IMG/VR virus record: IMGVR_UViG_3300029258_003221
Span: 62,001-126,000 of that record
Length of the DNA stretch: 64,000 nucleotides
Strand: one strand, 5' to 3'
Shown: in pieces, positions 48,617 to 57,438 of the stretch
Layout: each line of letters opens with the position of its first letter
Numbering within the stretch: position 1 is the first letter of the stretch
The notes under the pieces: generated by a model
Told to the model about the DNA's origin: nothing
Seen by the model: only the letters and a program-made list of their open reading frames with translations
Databases searched by the model: none
Translations under genes and position numbers: made by a program

Positions 48617-49258
48617 ATGCAAAAATTGCAAATTTTCGATTTTGACGGCACCCTTGTCTTCACGCCTACCGATAACGCAAAAACTCGGAAATTGTTTGAA
48701 GATGAAACTGGCATTCCATGGGTAATTGACAAAAAACTTGCCAGAAAGCTTACAAATCGACTGGGAAGACCCATCACAATGCGTAAGGGATGGTTTGGGC
48801 GCAAAGAAACCCTTGAACCACCACTTGTTCCCAATCCAACACCAGATGAAATGATCAATCGAAGTGTTTGTGATCTTTTTCTACAGTCAAAACAAGACGA
48901 AAATGCTCTAACTGTCATGATGACTGGTCGTCATGAAGGTTTGCGATCTCACGTTCTTCGTATTTTGAATGATGTTGGATTGGTTGACGTAAAATATGAA
49001 GATGGCAAAGCAATTCAAACTGATTCCGATGTCGTTTGCTATTTAAATGGCAATAATGGTCCAGCTCCAGAGATCGTTGGACAAAAGCCGCATGAAACAC
49101 ATCCATGGAAAATCTGGATTCTCGAACAGCTCATTCATGTTGGAAATTATGATTTGATTGAGATTTGGGAAGATCGTAAGAAGTATATCAAACCATTTGA
49201 AGAATTTGGTGAAAGTATTGAAGAGGACTTTGTCGTTCACTTTGTGGAGGGAAATTGA
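48617..49258 (+). CDS. HAD phosphatase, Swiss-Army-Knife RNA-repair type (HAD_SAK_1-like)
   Basis: FDFDGTL, MTGR, K, IWEDR; AGGAG RBS. Confidence 0.8.
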   Translation: MQKLQIFDFDGTLVFTPTDNAKTRKLFEDETGIPWVIDKKLARKLTNRLGRPITMRKGWFGRKETLEPPLVPNPTPDEMINRSVCDLFLQSKQDENALTVMMTGRHEGLRSHVLRILNDVGLVDVKYEDGKAIQTDSDVVCYLNGNNGPAPEIVGQKPHETHPWKIWILEQLIHVGNYDLIEIWEDRKKYIKPFEEFGESIEEDFVVHFVEGN

Positions 49259-49566
49259 GAAACGATTGGTTAAAACGAAGTTGGAAATTACATTGTTGGA
49301 CAGATAGACTTGTTTTACACATTTGCAAAGGTCCATATAGATATTCAGTGCCTGTTGATTCATTGCGGCATCTTAGAAATCAATTTGGCCTTAGTCCTAT
49401 AATTGAACTTGCATATACTGCAAAAACACAACTTATTGGAGGTTCATTTGGGCTTCCTTCAAGGGCAAGTGTTTCAAAAGAAGAATTTCAAAAGATCATT
49501 AAAGTCATTCATTCATTTAATGAAACGGTTGATGGGAAAATTATTCCCTGTCCACAATGGCCTTAA
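49255..49566 (+). CDS. hypothetical protein
   Basis: Coupled start (TTGA overlap) after GGAGG. Confidence 0.55.
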   Translation: MRNDWLKRSWKLHCWTDRLVLHICKGPYRYSVPVDSLRHLRNQFGLSPIIELAYTAKTQLIGGSFGLPSRASVSKEEFQKIIKVIHSFNETVDGKIIPCPQWP

Positions 49567-50084
49567 TCATCCCATGGCATTTTCGAACGCCGGATTTGAT
49601 CTGGCGTTATATCACTTTGCCAACGCTGAAACATATTTTGAATTGCATCTTTTGGTACGCCATGTTTATTGCGTTGTGCTAAAACTTCAGCAGCCGAATC
49701 TAAGGCCGATTGATCCTTTCTGCTCATTGCATCTTTGATGTTGTTCCAAATATCACTTTGTGGTTCTTGGATTCTAATATCATAGTCAAATTTGTCAGCA
49801 AGTAAAACATAGGGTTTTGCTTCCCAAGCTTCGATATTTGTATTGTCTACAATAATTGGAGAAACGCTTTTCTTCATAGCTTCTGCGACACGATTCACAT
49901 TCCATTGATGAGCTTCAGGTAATTTTTCTGGATCAAAGTTATATTCTTTTCCAAAAAAATCATCAGTGGAAAAAGATTGCCCACCTAAAGTTTGAGAGAT
50001 CGTTGACTTTCCTGTGCCACTCGGGCCACGAATGATGTAAACGATCTTCTCAACATCTTCTAACCATGTACGGAATGAGTTCAT
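49563..50084 (-). CDS. N4BP2/CNPase-like P-loop polynucleotide kinase (AAA_33)
   Basis: IRGPSGTGKST, STDDFF, IVDNTN..WE..PY, RNKHGVP; starts MNSFRTWLED. Confidence 0.88.
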   Translation of the reverse strand: MNSFRTWLEDVEKIVYIIRGPSGTGKSTISQTLGGQSFSTDDFFGKEYNFDPEKLPEAHQWNVNRVAEAMKKSVSPIIVDNTNIEAWEAKPYVLLADKFDYDIRIQEPQSDIWNNIKDAMSRKDQSALDSAAEVLAQRNKHGVPKDAIQNMFQRWQSDITPDQIRRSKMPWDD

Positions 50085-50347
50085 TTGCCCACAGGTGCTA
50101 CAGGTTTACAGTTTTTCTTCGATGCTGTGACTTTGAATGGCCAGACAGTTCCCATATGACCGCAAGGATCTTTGTAGTCATCGCTCATATCCTTACGGAC
50201 ATCACGAGCACCCGCAAATTTCTCTTTGTGATTGATCTTTTTCTTTTTGTCACCACAGTCACTTTCATTTACCTTCCAAGCCACTGTGCCATCTTCTGAA
50301 ATGTCAATCAAATCCTTCTCTTCACACCAGTTTACGAAATCTCGCAT
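50081..50347 (-). CDS. small protein with capsid-targeting-like N-terminus
   Basis: Starts MRDFVNWCEE; AGGAGG RBS; TCTATATA upstream. Confidence 0.65.
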   Translation of the reverse strand: MRDFVNWCEEKDLIDISEDGTVAWKVNESDCGDKKKKINHKEKFAGARDVRKDMSDDYKDPCGHMGTVWPFKVTASKKNCKPVAPVGK

Positions 50348-50393
50348 TGTTAATTTCCTCCTGCTTTATATAGAGTGAAATCACTGTTTTTGC

Positions 50394-50422
50394 TTTACAG
50401 TCCACGTTTTTCAACGTAGAAT
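50394..50422 (+). promoter_or_regulatory. sigma70-type promoter
   Basis: TTTACA-17 nt-TAGAAT. Confidence 0.6.
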
Positions 50423-50463
50423 CATGATGAATCAATTGAAAGGCAATTTGCCAAGGAATCATC

Positions 50464-53460
50464 ATGGAACCCGGATACTACCGATACATCAAACCTCTCA
50501 ATGAGCTAGAAGAAGATGGCTGTGAAATTGGGCAACTTTGGTATTTGCTCAATGTTTATGGGGATGTTGTGGAAGCAGTCCGTGGCTCTTCAACATGGGA
50601 ATTCAATTTTGAAGACTTTGAGGATTGCTTTGAATTCGCCCCAGAAGGACTCATGGAACGACAAAATGAGTTCGTGCAGGCCACAAACGAAATGCATCAG
50701 ATCGGCAGCAAAGCCGATACACTACGCATTGCCACAAGCCATGTTCCGGCTATCGAAATGCATTCTGAAAAACCTGAAGATGTTGAGTTTTCAACTGAAA
50801 CTCAGGAACCTATTGATCCCGGCACGGAAATCTCAGTGCCTAATACAAAAGATCTTGCAACCGTAAAGACAAACATCAAACGGTCAAAGTCTCTTGCCGC
50901 CAGAGTAAAAAAGCAAGTTGCCAAAAAACAAACCGCCCTCAAAGAGTTCATGGAAGAACAGGCGATTATTCTTAGAGCTAAGACTCATGCTCTGTCTAAG
51001 GTCGTAAAACAAGCTGAACAAGCCATCTACGTCCTCAATGCCTATCTGGGACAGGATGAAGAGATTATTCAGATTGCTGATGGCGAGCCTGCACCTGCTG
51101 ATACAAAAATTGTAATGCGGCAGCTTGTTCTGTTTATGGATGAAGAATGTGCTGCTGCCAACAATCTTGCCAAAAGAGGTGGTATTGATTTTCAAAACAT
51201 CAATGAGTTTGGTGAATGGGTTTGTAACCCCGATCACCTCAAACAAGTCTTGCCTGAAGAAAAAGGTGTCGTTGCTATTAAGCCAAGACGCAATGAAAAG
51301 TTTTATTCAGACAACCCTTTAGAAAATCAGGCACTTAACAGAGAAAATAAATGCCTTTATATTCTGATTCGCAACGGTGAAAAATTGTTTCGAATTTACA
51401 CAACCCTTTGGCTTCAGGATGTGTTCTTCCCACGGAAAGATGAGTTTGAACATCACTTCTATGATCGTTGGGATCGTGACAAAAAGTATCGCCCCGGTTC
51501 TAAAGCTTACATGCAGGCCATGGAAGCTGTTGAGGATGACCAACGTCGTTACTATACCGTTCTAATCCTTCTTCAGGGTCTTTTGGATCGAACTAAAGTC
51601 TTTGAGCCAATTCCTGAAACGGCTGCACGAATCAATCTGCTCAACCTTCATGAGTCAGAAAAACATGTGACGTTTCTGTATGATGCAGAGATGATCCTTG
51701 GTGATGGTCGCCCTTCATACTCAGATTGGCACGAAGAAGCCAATTCAACTATTGATATTGGTTGTCGGGTCATCCTTGAAGATGCACCTTATCCAAGTGA
51801 ACACGACCGCAAAAGAATATATCCGAAATACGCACGCCGACCAGACCTTCTGGCCCTTCATAGAATTGAAAAAAGAGATGATGAAGAAGGGTGGTTCAAA
51901 TTCTATTACTCCCGAGAAGGAGAAACTGTGTATCATGGTTGGGGTGATTTCGAAGGGCAACCTGCTAAAAACAGAGCTAGTTATCTTATAGATGTCAATG
52001 ACCCATTTGTGCTCAATTTTGATGCTGTGACTATTGAGGAAATGGAATACTACCTCAATAGTCGCCTGCACCGACATGAGTATGAAAACATGGTGCCCTT
52101 GATGAAAAGGGCCATTGAACTCAAGAAAGAAGAAGCCAAAGCTGAAGCTCCGTTTTGTCAGTTGCTTATTGGCGAAATTATCAAGAAACATAAAGTTTCT
52201 ATTGATGAAGCAGAGACCAGAATCGATGAACTCATCAAATGGTGGAAGTTCAAGAATCGTAACCACCGAGCACTCAGTGAAGATGATGCCAAGGCAATCC
52301 GTATGATTGTCTCCGAATTCGGAAAAAGACAAAAGTTAGACGAAGCCAGTGACCGTTTACAGAAACTGCACGACGATATTGTTGAACAACTTCGGGACAG
52401 TGAACCAAACTCTCTTTCGATCTGGCACAAAAAAGACAATCAGTATGCTGTCTATCTTTGGCACAATGACCGCAATGTCTTTGTGACTGAGGAGATTTGG
52501 GAACTCAAAAAACATCAACTTTCATGTGTCTCACAGAAAGAGTGGAAAGTCGTTGATGCTCGACATGAAGGGTGGAATTGCCTTTGGAAGCATGATCGAT
52601 GGGATGAATGGGAAATTGGTGCCCTTGCCAATGACCATCTCACCGATCCTGAATTGGTTGAAGCATTCGACTTTGGACTGAAGGCTGTTGCAGACCTCCA
52701 GTTTTATGAAAACAACAGAGACAAGAAAGGTCGTCTCTGGCGTGTACCGCTTTGTGCCATGTTGAACACATCAGGCAATGTCAAAATCTATTTCCTGAAA
52801 CGACATGCTTATATCCCCAAAAAGAACATTCTTTCAGACAGCGCCAATACTGCAAGCATTGGTATGCTTCAAGTCAATTGGGAAAAGAAACGAACTGGCG
52901 TTACTCATCGAATCAAAAACCAGAGTAACCATGTAATTGAATGGGGAAATTTGCCTTGGTCAGAAGATTTCGATGATCGGTATCGTCGTGGTGAACCTCT
53001 GTATGTTCACAAAGTCTATGAAAAGAACATCGAAAAAGCCAGAGCCGAAAATGAAAAGGTGATGGAGTTTCGCCGTGAAGTTAGGAAACTCACAGAACCA
53101 CTGAGAAACCTTAATTCTCAGGTGCGTGAAGCTATGATTGAAGTGTTTTACAGAGAAGAGAAGGAAAAGTTTGACGAACAATACTTTGATGAAGATGGTG
53201 ATCTCTGGGAAGATCATAAAGAAGAACTCAAGAAACCTGAATACCCCAGATGGGTAAATGATGCGGCTGCTCTTCTTGTGGAGCGTAACATTGATGTCAA
53301 TGGTATGTCTCTTGAAGAAATGGTTTCAAAAGCCAAAAAGTTTGAATTTGAGTTTAGATCTGATTTCGAGGAAGACTGGTTTAATAAAGTCAAAGATTTT
53401 GTTTTGGAGGTTAATCCTGTTGACATCGACGACGATGATGACTTCGATGAAGATTGGTAA
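50464..53460 (+). CDS. 998-aa hypothetical protein (coiled coils, acidic C-terminus)
   Basis: Long ORF with AAGGA RBS; no recognised catalytic motif. Confidence 0.8.
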   Translation: MEPGYYRYIKPLNELEEDGCEIGQLWYLLNVYGDVVEAVRGSSTWEFNFEDFEDCFEFAPEGLMERQNEFVQATNEMHQIGSKADTLRIATSHVPAIEMHSEKPEDVEFSTETQEPIDPGTEISVPNTKDLATVKTNIKRSKSLAARVKKQVAKKQTALKEFMEEQAIILRAKTHALSKVVKQAEQAIYVLNAYLGQDEEIIQIADGEPAPADTKIVMRQLVLFMDEECAAANNLAKRGGIDFQNINEFGEWVCNPDHLKQVLPEEKGVVAIKPRRNEKFYSDNPLENQALNRENKCLYILIRNGEKLFRIYTTLWLQDVFFPRKDEFEHHFYDRWDRDKKYRPGSKAYMQAMEAVEDDQRRYYTVLILLQGLLDRTKVFEPIPETAARINLLNLHESEKHVTFLYDAEMILGDGRPSYSDWHEEANSTIDIGCRVILEDAPYPSEHDRKRIYPKYARRPDLLALHRIEKRDDEEGWFKFYYSREGETVYHGWGDFEGQPAKNRASYLIDVNDPFVLNFDAVTIEEMEYYLNSRLHRHEYENMVPLMKRAIELKKEEAKAEAPFCQLLIGEIIKKHKVSIDEAETRIDELIKWWKFKNRNHRALSEDDAKAIRMIVSEFGKRQKLDEASDRLQKLHDDIVEQLRDSEPNSLSIWHKKDNQYAVYLWHNDRNVFVTEEIWELKKHQLSCVSQKEWKVVDARHEGWNCLWKHDRWDEWEIGALANDHLTDPELVEAFDFGLKAVADLQFYENNRDKKGRLWRVPLCAMLNTSGNVKIYFLKRHAYIPKKNILSDSANTASIGMLQVNWEKKRTGVTHRIKNQSNHVIEWGNLPWSEDFDDRYRRGEPLYVHKVYEKNIEKARAENEKVMEFRREVRKLTEPLRNLNSQVREAMIEVFYREEKEKFDEQYFDEDGDLWEDHKEELKKPEYPRWVNDAAALLVERNIDVNGMSLEEMVSKAKKFEFEFRSDFEEDWFNKVKDFVLEVNPVDIDDDDDFDEDW

Positions 53461-53509
53461 ACTTTACGCTATTACCATGTAGATAAAATAGCTTGTAAGG
53501 AGAAAAGCT

Positions 53510-54229
53510 ATGCGAAAAGCTGCATTGTATGTTCACGGACGTGTTGTTGTCGCTGATAGTCATCTGGCAGCATTTCAAGCACTAACCATCGAAGAACGTC
53601 GTGAATACATAGTATCAGGATTTATTGATGATGAAACGGGTGAGTTCGACAGCGATCTTGCCCGTGATCATTTTTACAATAAGGAAATTTATCTTGTTAG
53701 ACATGGCGAGGTAGAAAACAAAGATGCTCCTGATCCTCCTATTACAGAAATAGGAATCGAACAAGCAGAATGTGTAGCTGAAGAATTAACAGATGTAGAT
53801 CTTTCTGGGTTTACCTGTCGCACAAGTCCTTATCTTCGTTGTCTTCAAACAGCACAGGTTTTCTCAAGAATTTGCAATCTTGAATTTACGGTTGATCTTT
53901 CTTTGATGGAAACTCCTATGTTCCTTTCAAATAATCAATCTTTCAGATTGAAGAATCGCCACAAAGAATTCCCTCAGTTCAATTGGCCCACTAACCATGA
54001 TTGGCTGATTCCTTTTGAGGGAAAAAACAAATTCGCTGTTCGTGTCAAAAACGTATTGCAGGATTTGCCTATCCATAGCATTCTAATATCACATTTTGGC
54101 GTAATCACAAATATGGCCAGCATGGCTTTGTGTGACGAAAAGGCAATGGAATATGGCGTTCCAACTGCATCTCTCACACACATAGACAATCAAGAAGTTA
54201 AATGTCTGGGTTGGACTTGCAAAAATTGA
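53510..54229 (+). CDS. histidine phosphatase family protein
   Basis: YLVRHGE, TSPYLRCLQTA, ISHFGVI. Confidence 0.88.
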   Translation: MRKAALYVHGRVVVADSHLAAFQALTIEERREYIVSGFIDDETGEFDSDLARDHFYNKEIYLVRHGEVENKDAPDPPITEIGIEQAECVAEELTDVDLSGFTCRTSPYLRCLQTAQVFSRICNLEFTVDLSLMETPMFLSNNQSFRLKNRHKEFPQFNWPTNHDWLIPFEGKNKFAVRVKNVLQDLPIHSILISHFGVITNMASMALCDEKAMEYGVPTASLTHIDNQEVKCLGWTCKN

Positions 54230-54236
54230 GATGCAG

Positions 54237-54265
54237 TTGACTTTTACCTCAAAATTTTTTACTCT
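54237..54265 (+). promoter_or_regulatory. sigma70-type promoter
   Basis: TTGACT-17 nt-TACTCT. Confidence 0.6.
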
Positions 54266-54271
54266 GTTGTC

Positions 54272-54399
54272 AATGAGTGGCCGGTGGTGAAAAACCCTGA
54301 TCCAGCTCGCAGTGGGGAAGGTCCACAACGAATACCGGGACGGGCGAGTACGAGCATCAATAACATACGTTGTTGGGGTGCTGGGTCAATTTACTCATT
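54272..54399 (+). ncRNA. candidate structured RNA or 5' leader, family not recognised
   Basis: GC-rich island with nested helices and a possible pseudoknot, starting at the predicted TSS. Confidence 0.5.
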
Positions 54400-54423
54400 T
54401 TCAATTACTTTATGGATGGTGAC

Positions 54424-54714
54424 ATGAACGACACAAACAGCCTGATAGGAATGATTCCTTTTTTGATCATCATTGGATTGATGCTCATTTTAGTCTTCAA
54501 AAAAACTTCAGATTATCTTCGTGAAAGAAAATCACGAAATACATTTTTGAAACACTACAAAGAATCAGGCGGCTTGCCTTACATCAGCAAAATAAGATGG
54601 AGCAACAAAGAAGACACTGAATCTTCTTGGGAAGACCGACAACAAAAAAACGAGAATTGTCGCAACACAGCAAGATATAAAACAAAGTCTGAAATTGGCT
54701 ATTGTTATGAGTAA
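54424..54714 (+). CDS. small membrane protein
   Basis: N-terminal transmembrane helix. Confidence 0.6.
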   Translation: MNDTNSLIGMIPFLIIIGLMLILVFKKTSDYLRERKSRNTFLKHYKESGGLPYISKIRWSNKEDTESSWEDRQQKNENCRNTARYKTKSEIGYCYE

Positions 54715-55018
54715 AAAACAATTCTACGACCCTCATCCGGGACTTCTTGGTTGCATTGAACCTCTCCCTGAAGCCGTTAGACTCAAAGCAGCAGATATGG
54801 ATGGCAATTTCTTCACTGTCGATGAAGCAATTGCCATGATCAAAGAAGTCGCACCTGAAGATTATGAAGTCAAAGCACATGACAGCTTCATATCTCTGAG
54901 TGGTGGTGAATTCATTGATGTGCCAACAAAGCCGCCAATGCAAACAAGATCATTCAATTGGCGTGTTTTGCGATTTCGTGAAGTTGAATCCAAAAATTGT
55001 TCTGGAGATGAAAAATGA
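54707..55018 (+). CDS. hypothetical protein
   Basis: Operonic ORF. Confidence 0.65.
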   Translation: MSKKQFYDPHPGLLGCIEPLPEAVRLKAADMDGNFFTVDEAIAMIKEVAPEDYEVKAHDSFISLSGGEFIDVPTKPPMQTRSFNWRVLRFREVESKNCSGDEK

Positions 55019-55389
55019 AACGTCGAGAGGCATTGAAGATCATAGGTGCCACTGTCGTTGTCAGCAATTTTTTGCCTGAAGTTCAAGGTTCACAAGAAAA
55101 ACCTTTGAGCCCTTTAAGGCCCATAATGATGCATATTGATCGTGACAGGTCATGGAGAATTCATGGTGAATATCATATGGCATCAATTGGACCTAGCCCT
55201 CGATCTGATTGTTTAGAATCTCTCAAAATCATTACCAATGATGGAAGAACCTTTGAGTTTCATACCAAAGATACAGATGGGTTTAGTTTCCGAGAATCAG
55301 TTGATGATGGATTACTGAAGCTCAATTATATTGATACCGGTCATTTCTCTGTCATGATCATTCCAAGATACAGATGGAAGCAACTATGA
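55015..55389 (+). CDS. protein with twin-arginine (Tat)-like leader
   Basis: MKRREALKIIGATVV. Confidence 0.6.
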   Translation: MKRREALKIIGATVVVSNFLPEVQGSQEKPLSPLRPIMMHIDRDRSWRIHGEYHMASIGPSPRSDCLESLKIITNDGRTFEFHTKDTDGFSFRESVDDGLLKLNYIDTGHFSVMIIPRYRWKQL

Positions 55390-55772
55390 ATAACAAACAG
55401 AAACAAAATTGGTCTAATCTAACGAATGATTGGAAGAATCAAAACGTCCGAAGCTCTTGGCAACACAGGAAAAACCGACCAATTGAGCCCATACCAATGA
55501 GCTTCTTCTATTGGTTCTTTGGACTGATTTTCTTTTTCATTATCTTGTCTGCATTAAGCTCTGCTTTCCCTTTGATTGCGGGCATTGTGTTTGCAACAGG
55601 CATTGGATTAACTTTTATTATCCTGCCAACCATGATGTTTTTTGGTTACATGCAGGAAAGAAGAGAAAATAAATTGTGGGTGCCGTGCAGCATCATAACC
55701 ATCATGGATTTATCTTCCTTTGTCTGGAAGAAAAAATGGCATGATGACAACGAGATAGGCCCTACCAAATAA
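55386..55772 (+). CDS. membrane protein (2 TM)
   Basis: Two hydrophobic segments. Confidence 0.65.
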   Translation: MNNKQKQNWSNLTNDWKNQNVRSSWQHRKNRPIEPIPMSFFYWFFGLIFFFIILSALSSAFPLIAGIVFATGIGLTFIILPTMMFFGYMQERRENKLWVPCSIITIMDLSSFVWKKKWHDDNEIGPTK

Positions 55773-55935
55773 CACTTGCTGTATTTGGACCATCAGCCTC
55801 TTCAATTGGAGGCTCTGTAAACTCAGTGTCGTAATCATCCTGTTGATCAAAAGCTTTTTTGCTTTGATATCCCGCAACATTAACGATTGCCATTAACACT
55901 AAAAGCAATAAAATCCAAAGATGCTTTATTTTCAC
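55762..55935 (-). CDS. small exported/membrane peptide
   Basis: AGGAGG before GTG55935; hydrophobic leader. Confidence 0.5.
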   Translation of the reverse strand: MKIKHLWILLLLVLMAIVNVAGYQSKKAFDQQDDYDTEFTEPPIEEADGPNTASVIW

Positions 55936-56015
55936 TCTCGCCTCCTTTCTTATTGGGCTAATAACCATTGATTATTTACTACTGTAGTTAGTAAATTTTT
56001 AGCCCGAGGTGAGAT

Positions 56016-56204
56016 ATGTTTGAAAAGTACACATTCCCTATCAGCACAGTCTATAATTGTCGTGTTAAAGAAGGCGGCGTTTCATGTGGAGGAAACGCCG
56101 AAAATGAAGTTATTGCCAAGAGAACTTCTGAAATTATCAACAAGGGTGTTCACGAATGGCATGCAAATGTCAAATCAAAACAACTTGTGGAAATTTCTGA
56201 CTAA
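56016..56204 (+). CDS. small hypothetical protein
   Basis: GAGGT RBS. Confidence 0.45.
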   Translation: MFEKYTFPISTVYNCRVKEGGVSCGGNAENEVIAKRTSEIINKGVHEWHANVKSKQLVEISD

Positions 56205-56287
56205 AACACTACACATTCAGCTTTACAACCAAACTTCAAAACATAAAATCAAAACTCAGTCTTTTAATTCCCAAATGGAGAGTGGCT

Positions 56288-56980
56288 ATGAGCTGGGCGC
56301 TTTTGATTGCAGCAGTTGAAGCAATTAATTGGTGGTATGTTTTGACAGTGTTGTTTGGCATAGGAGGTGCCAGTGGTATTTTACACGCATTTCACAATCA
56401 TACAAAAAGCTTACCGCCAGAAACTGACCTTGAAAAAAGTCAAGGTTGGAAGCGTGGAAAATTAGATGTAGTTGTTAGTGGAAATCAAACTCAATCAGAA
56501 ATTGATTGGGATGATTGGATGGATGCTCATTGGCATACATTCAAAGGAATGAAATACAAATACCTTAAAGGTGGCAAGCCCACAGACACAAGACAAATAC
56601 ACGTCAACCCACACGCTATTCGCACAAATGCAATTCACGGAACTGACTATCCAACAATTATCGTTGTAGAAAATGGAGTTGAATCTCAATACCACGCAGT
56701 CAAATGTCACGGTTCATCACAAATGACATATCACAGTGATCCTGATGTTAAAGCAAATGTTTACATGGAAACACTTGAGGATATCTCTGTGTACAGAAAT
56801 CCTAATTCTCCACAATTTCACCCTCGTCATCCAATGAATTCCGGCTCATTGACAAAGTCCACCAAAATATTTCTCGAAGCTGTATTTGTGAGCCCTGTAA
56901 AAAGAGTTTTGGCTGGATTTGGATTTGTTGCCAGAAAAACGCCACTGCTTTCTTGCGTAATTTATGGCGAACAACATTGA
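56288..56980 (+). CDS. membrane-anchored hypothetical protein
   Basis: GGAG RBS, N-terminal transmembrane helix. Confidence 0.65.
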   Translation: MSWALLIAAVEAINWWYVLTVLFGIGGASGILHAFHNHTKSLPPETDLEKSQGWKRGKLDVVVSGNQTQSEIDWDDWMDAHWHTFKGMKYKYLKGGKPTDTRQIHVNPHAIRTNAIHGTDYPTIIVVENGVESQYHAVKCHGSSQMTYHSDPDVKANVYMETLEDISVYRNPNSPQFHPRHPMNSGSLTKSTKIFLEAVFVSPVKRVLAGFGFVARKTPLLSCVIYGEQH

Positions 56981-57043
56981 TCCGCAAAACAACATTGCTC
57001 GTTCTAAAGAGTATTCTGAATTGCTTTTGAACGGAGAAATAAA

Positions 57044-57370
57044 ATGCCAAGAGACGTTGAATTTGAAGTAAATTCCAAATTCTCAGAAGAATTCATCATG
57101 CACCGACTCGCACAAATTGTGCGTGGTCGAGCAAATCGTCACTTCGACGAAAATTTCAATGAGAAGAAGGAAGAAGACCAGAGCAACAGCGATGTGCCTT
57201 GGAAAAAAGAAAACGATTCTTGGCAGCTTGATCATGGCAATGATTGGTTTGGCCTCCGGTTGGAAGTTGGCGGCGGCATTCTGAAAAAGAAAGCAAGATA
57301 CCGCTTGTCACATCGATATAATGCACCTGTTGAAGGTCTCAAAGAGTTTCTCGAATACATGTTCGATTGA
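57044..57370 (+). CDS. hypothetical protein
   Basis: GGAG RBS; followed by a terminator. Confidence 0.7.
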   Translation: MPRDVEFEVNSKFSEEFIMHRLAQIVRGRANRHFDENFNEKKEEDQSNSDVPWKKENDSWQLDHGNDWFGLRLEVGGGILKKKARYRLSHRYNAPVEGLKEFLEYMFD

Positions 57371-57371
57371 C

Positions 57372-57407
57372 AAAAAACCAGTCTCAAAAACTGAGACTGG
57401 TTTTTTT
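57372..57407 (+). terminator. intrinsic terminator
   Basis: AAAAAACCAGTCTCA/TGAGACTGGTTTTTTT. Confidence 0.85.
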
Positions 57408-57438
57408 GTTTACACACTACATCATATTGGAGAATATC

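Noticed and set aside
54279-54360. HDV-like (theta) or hammerhead ribozyme
   Set aside because: Starts GGCCGG like HDV, but I could not build the nested double pseudoknot or a CUGAUGA/GAAA core; kept as an unassigned RNA
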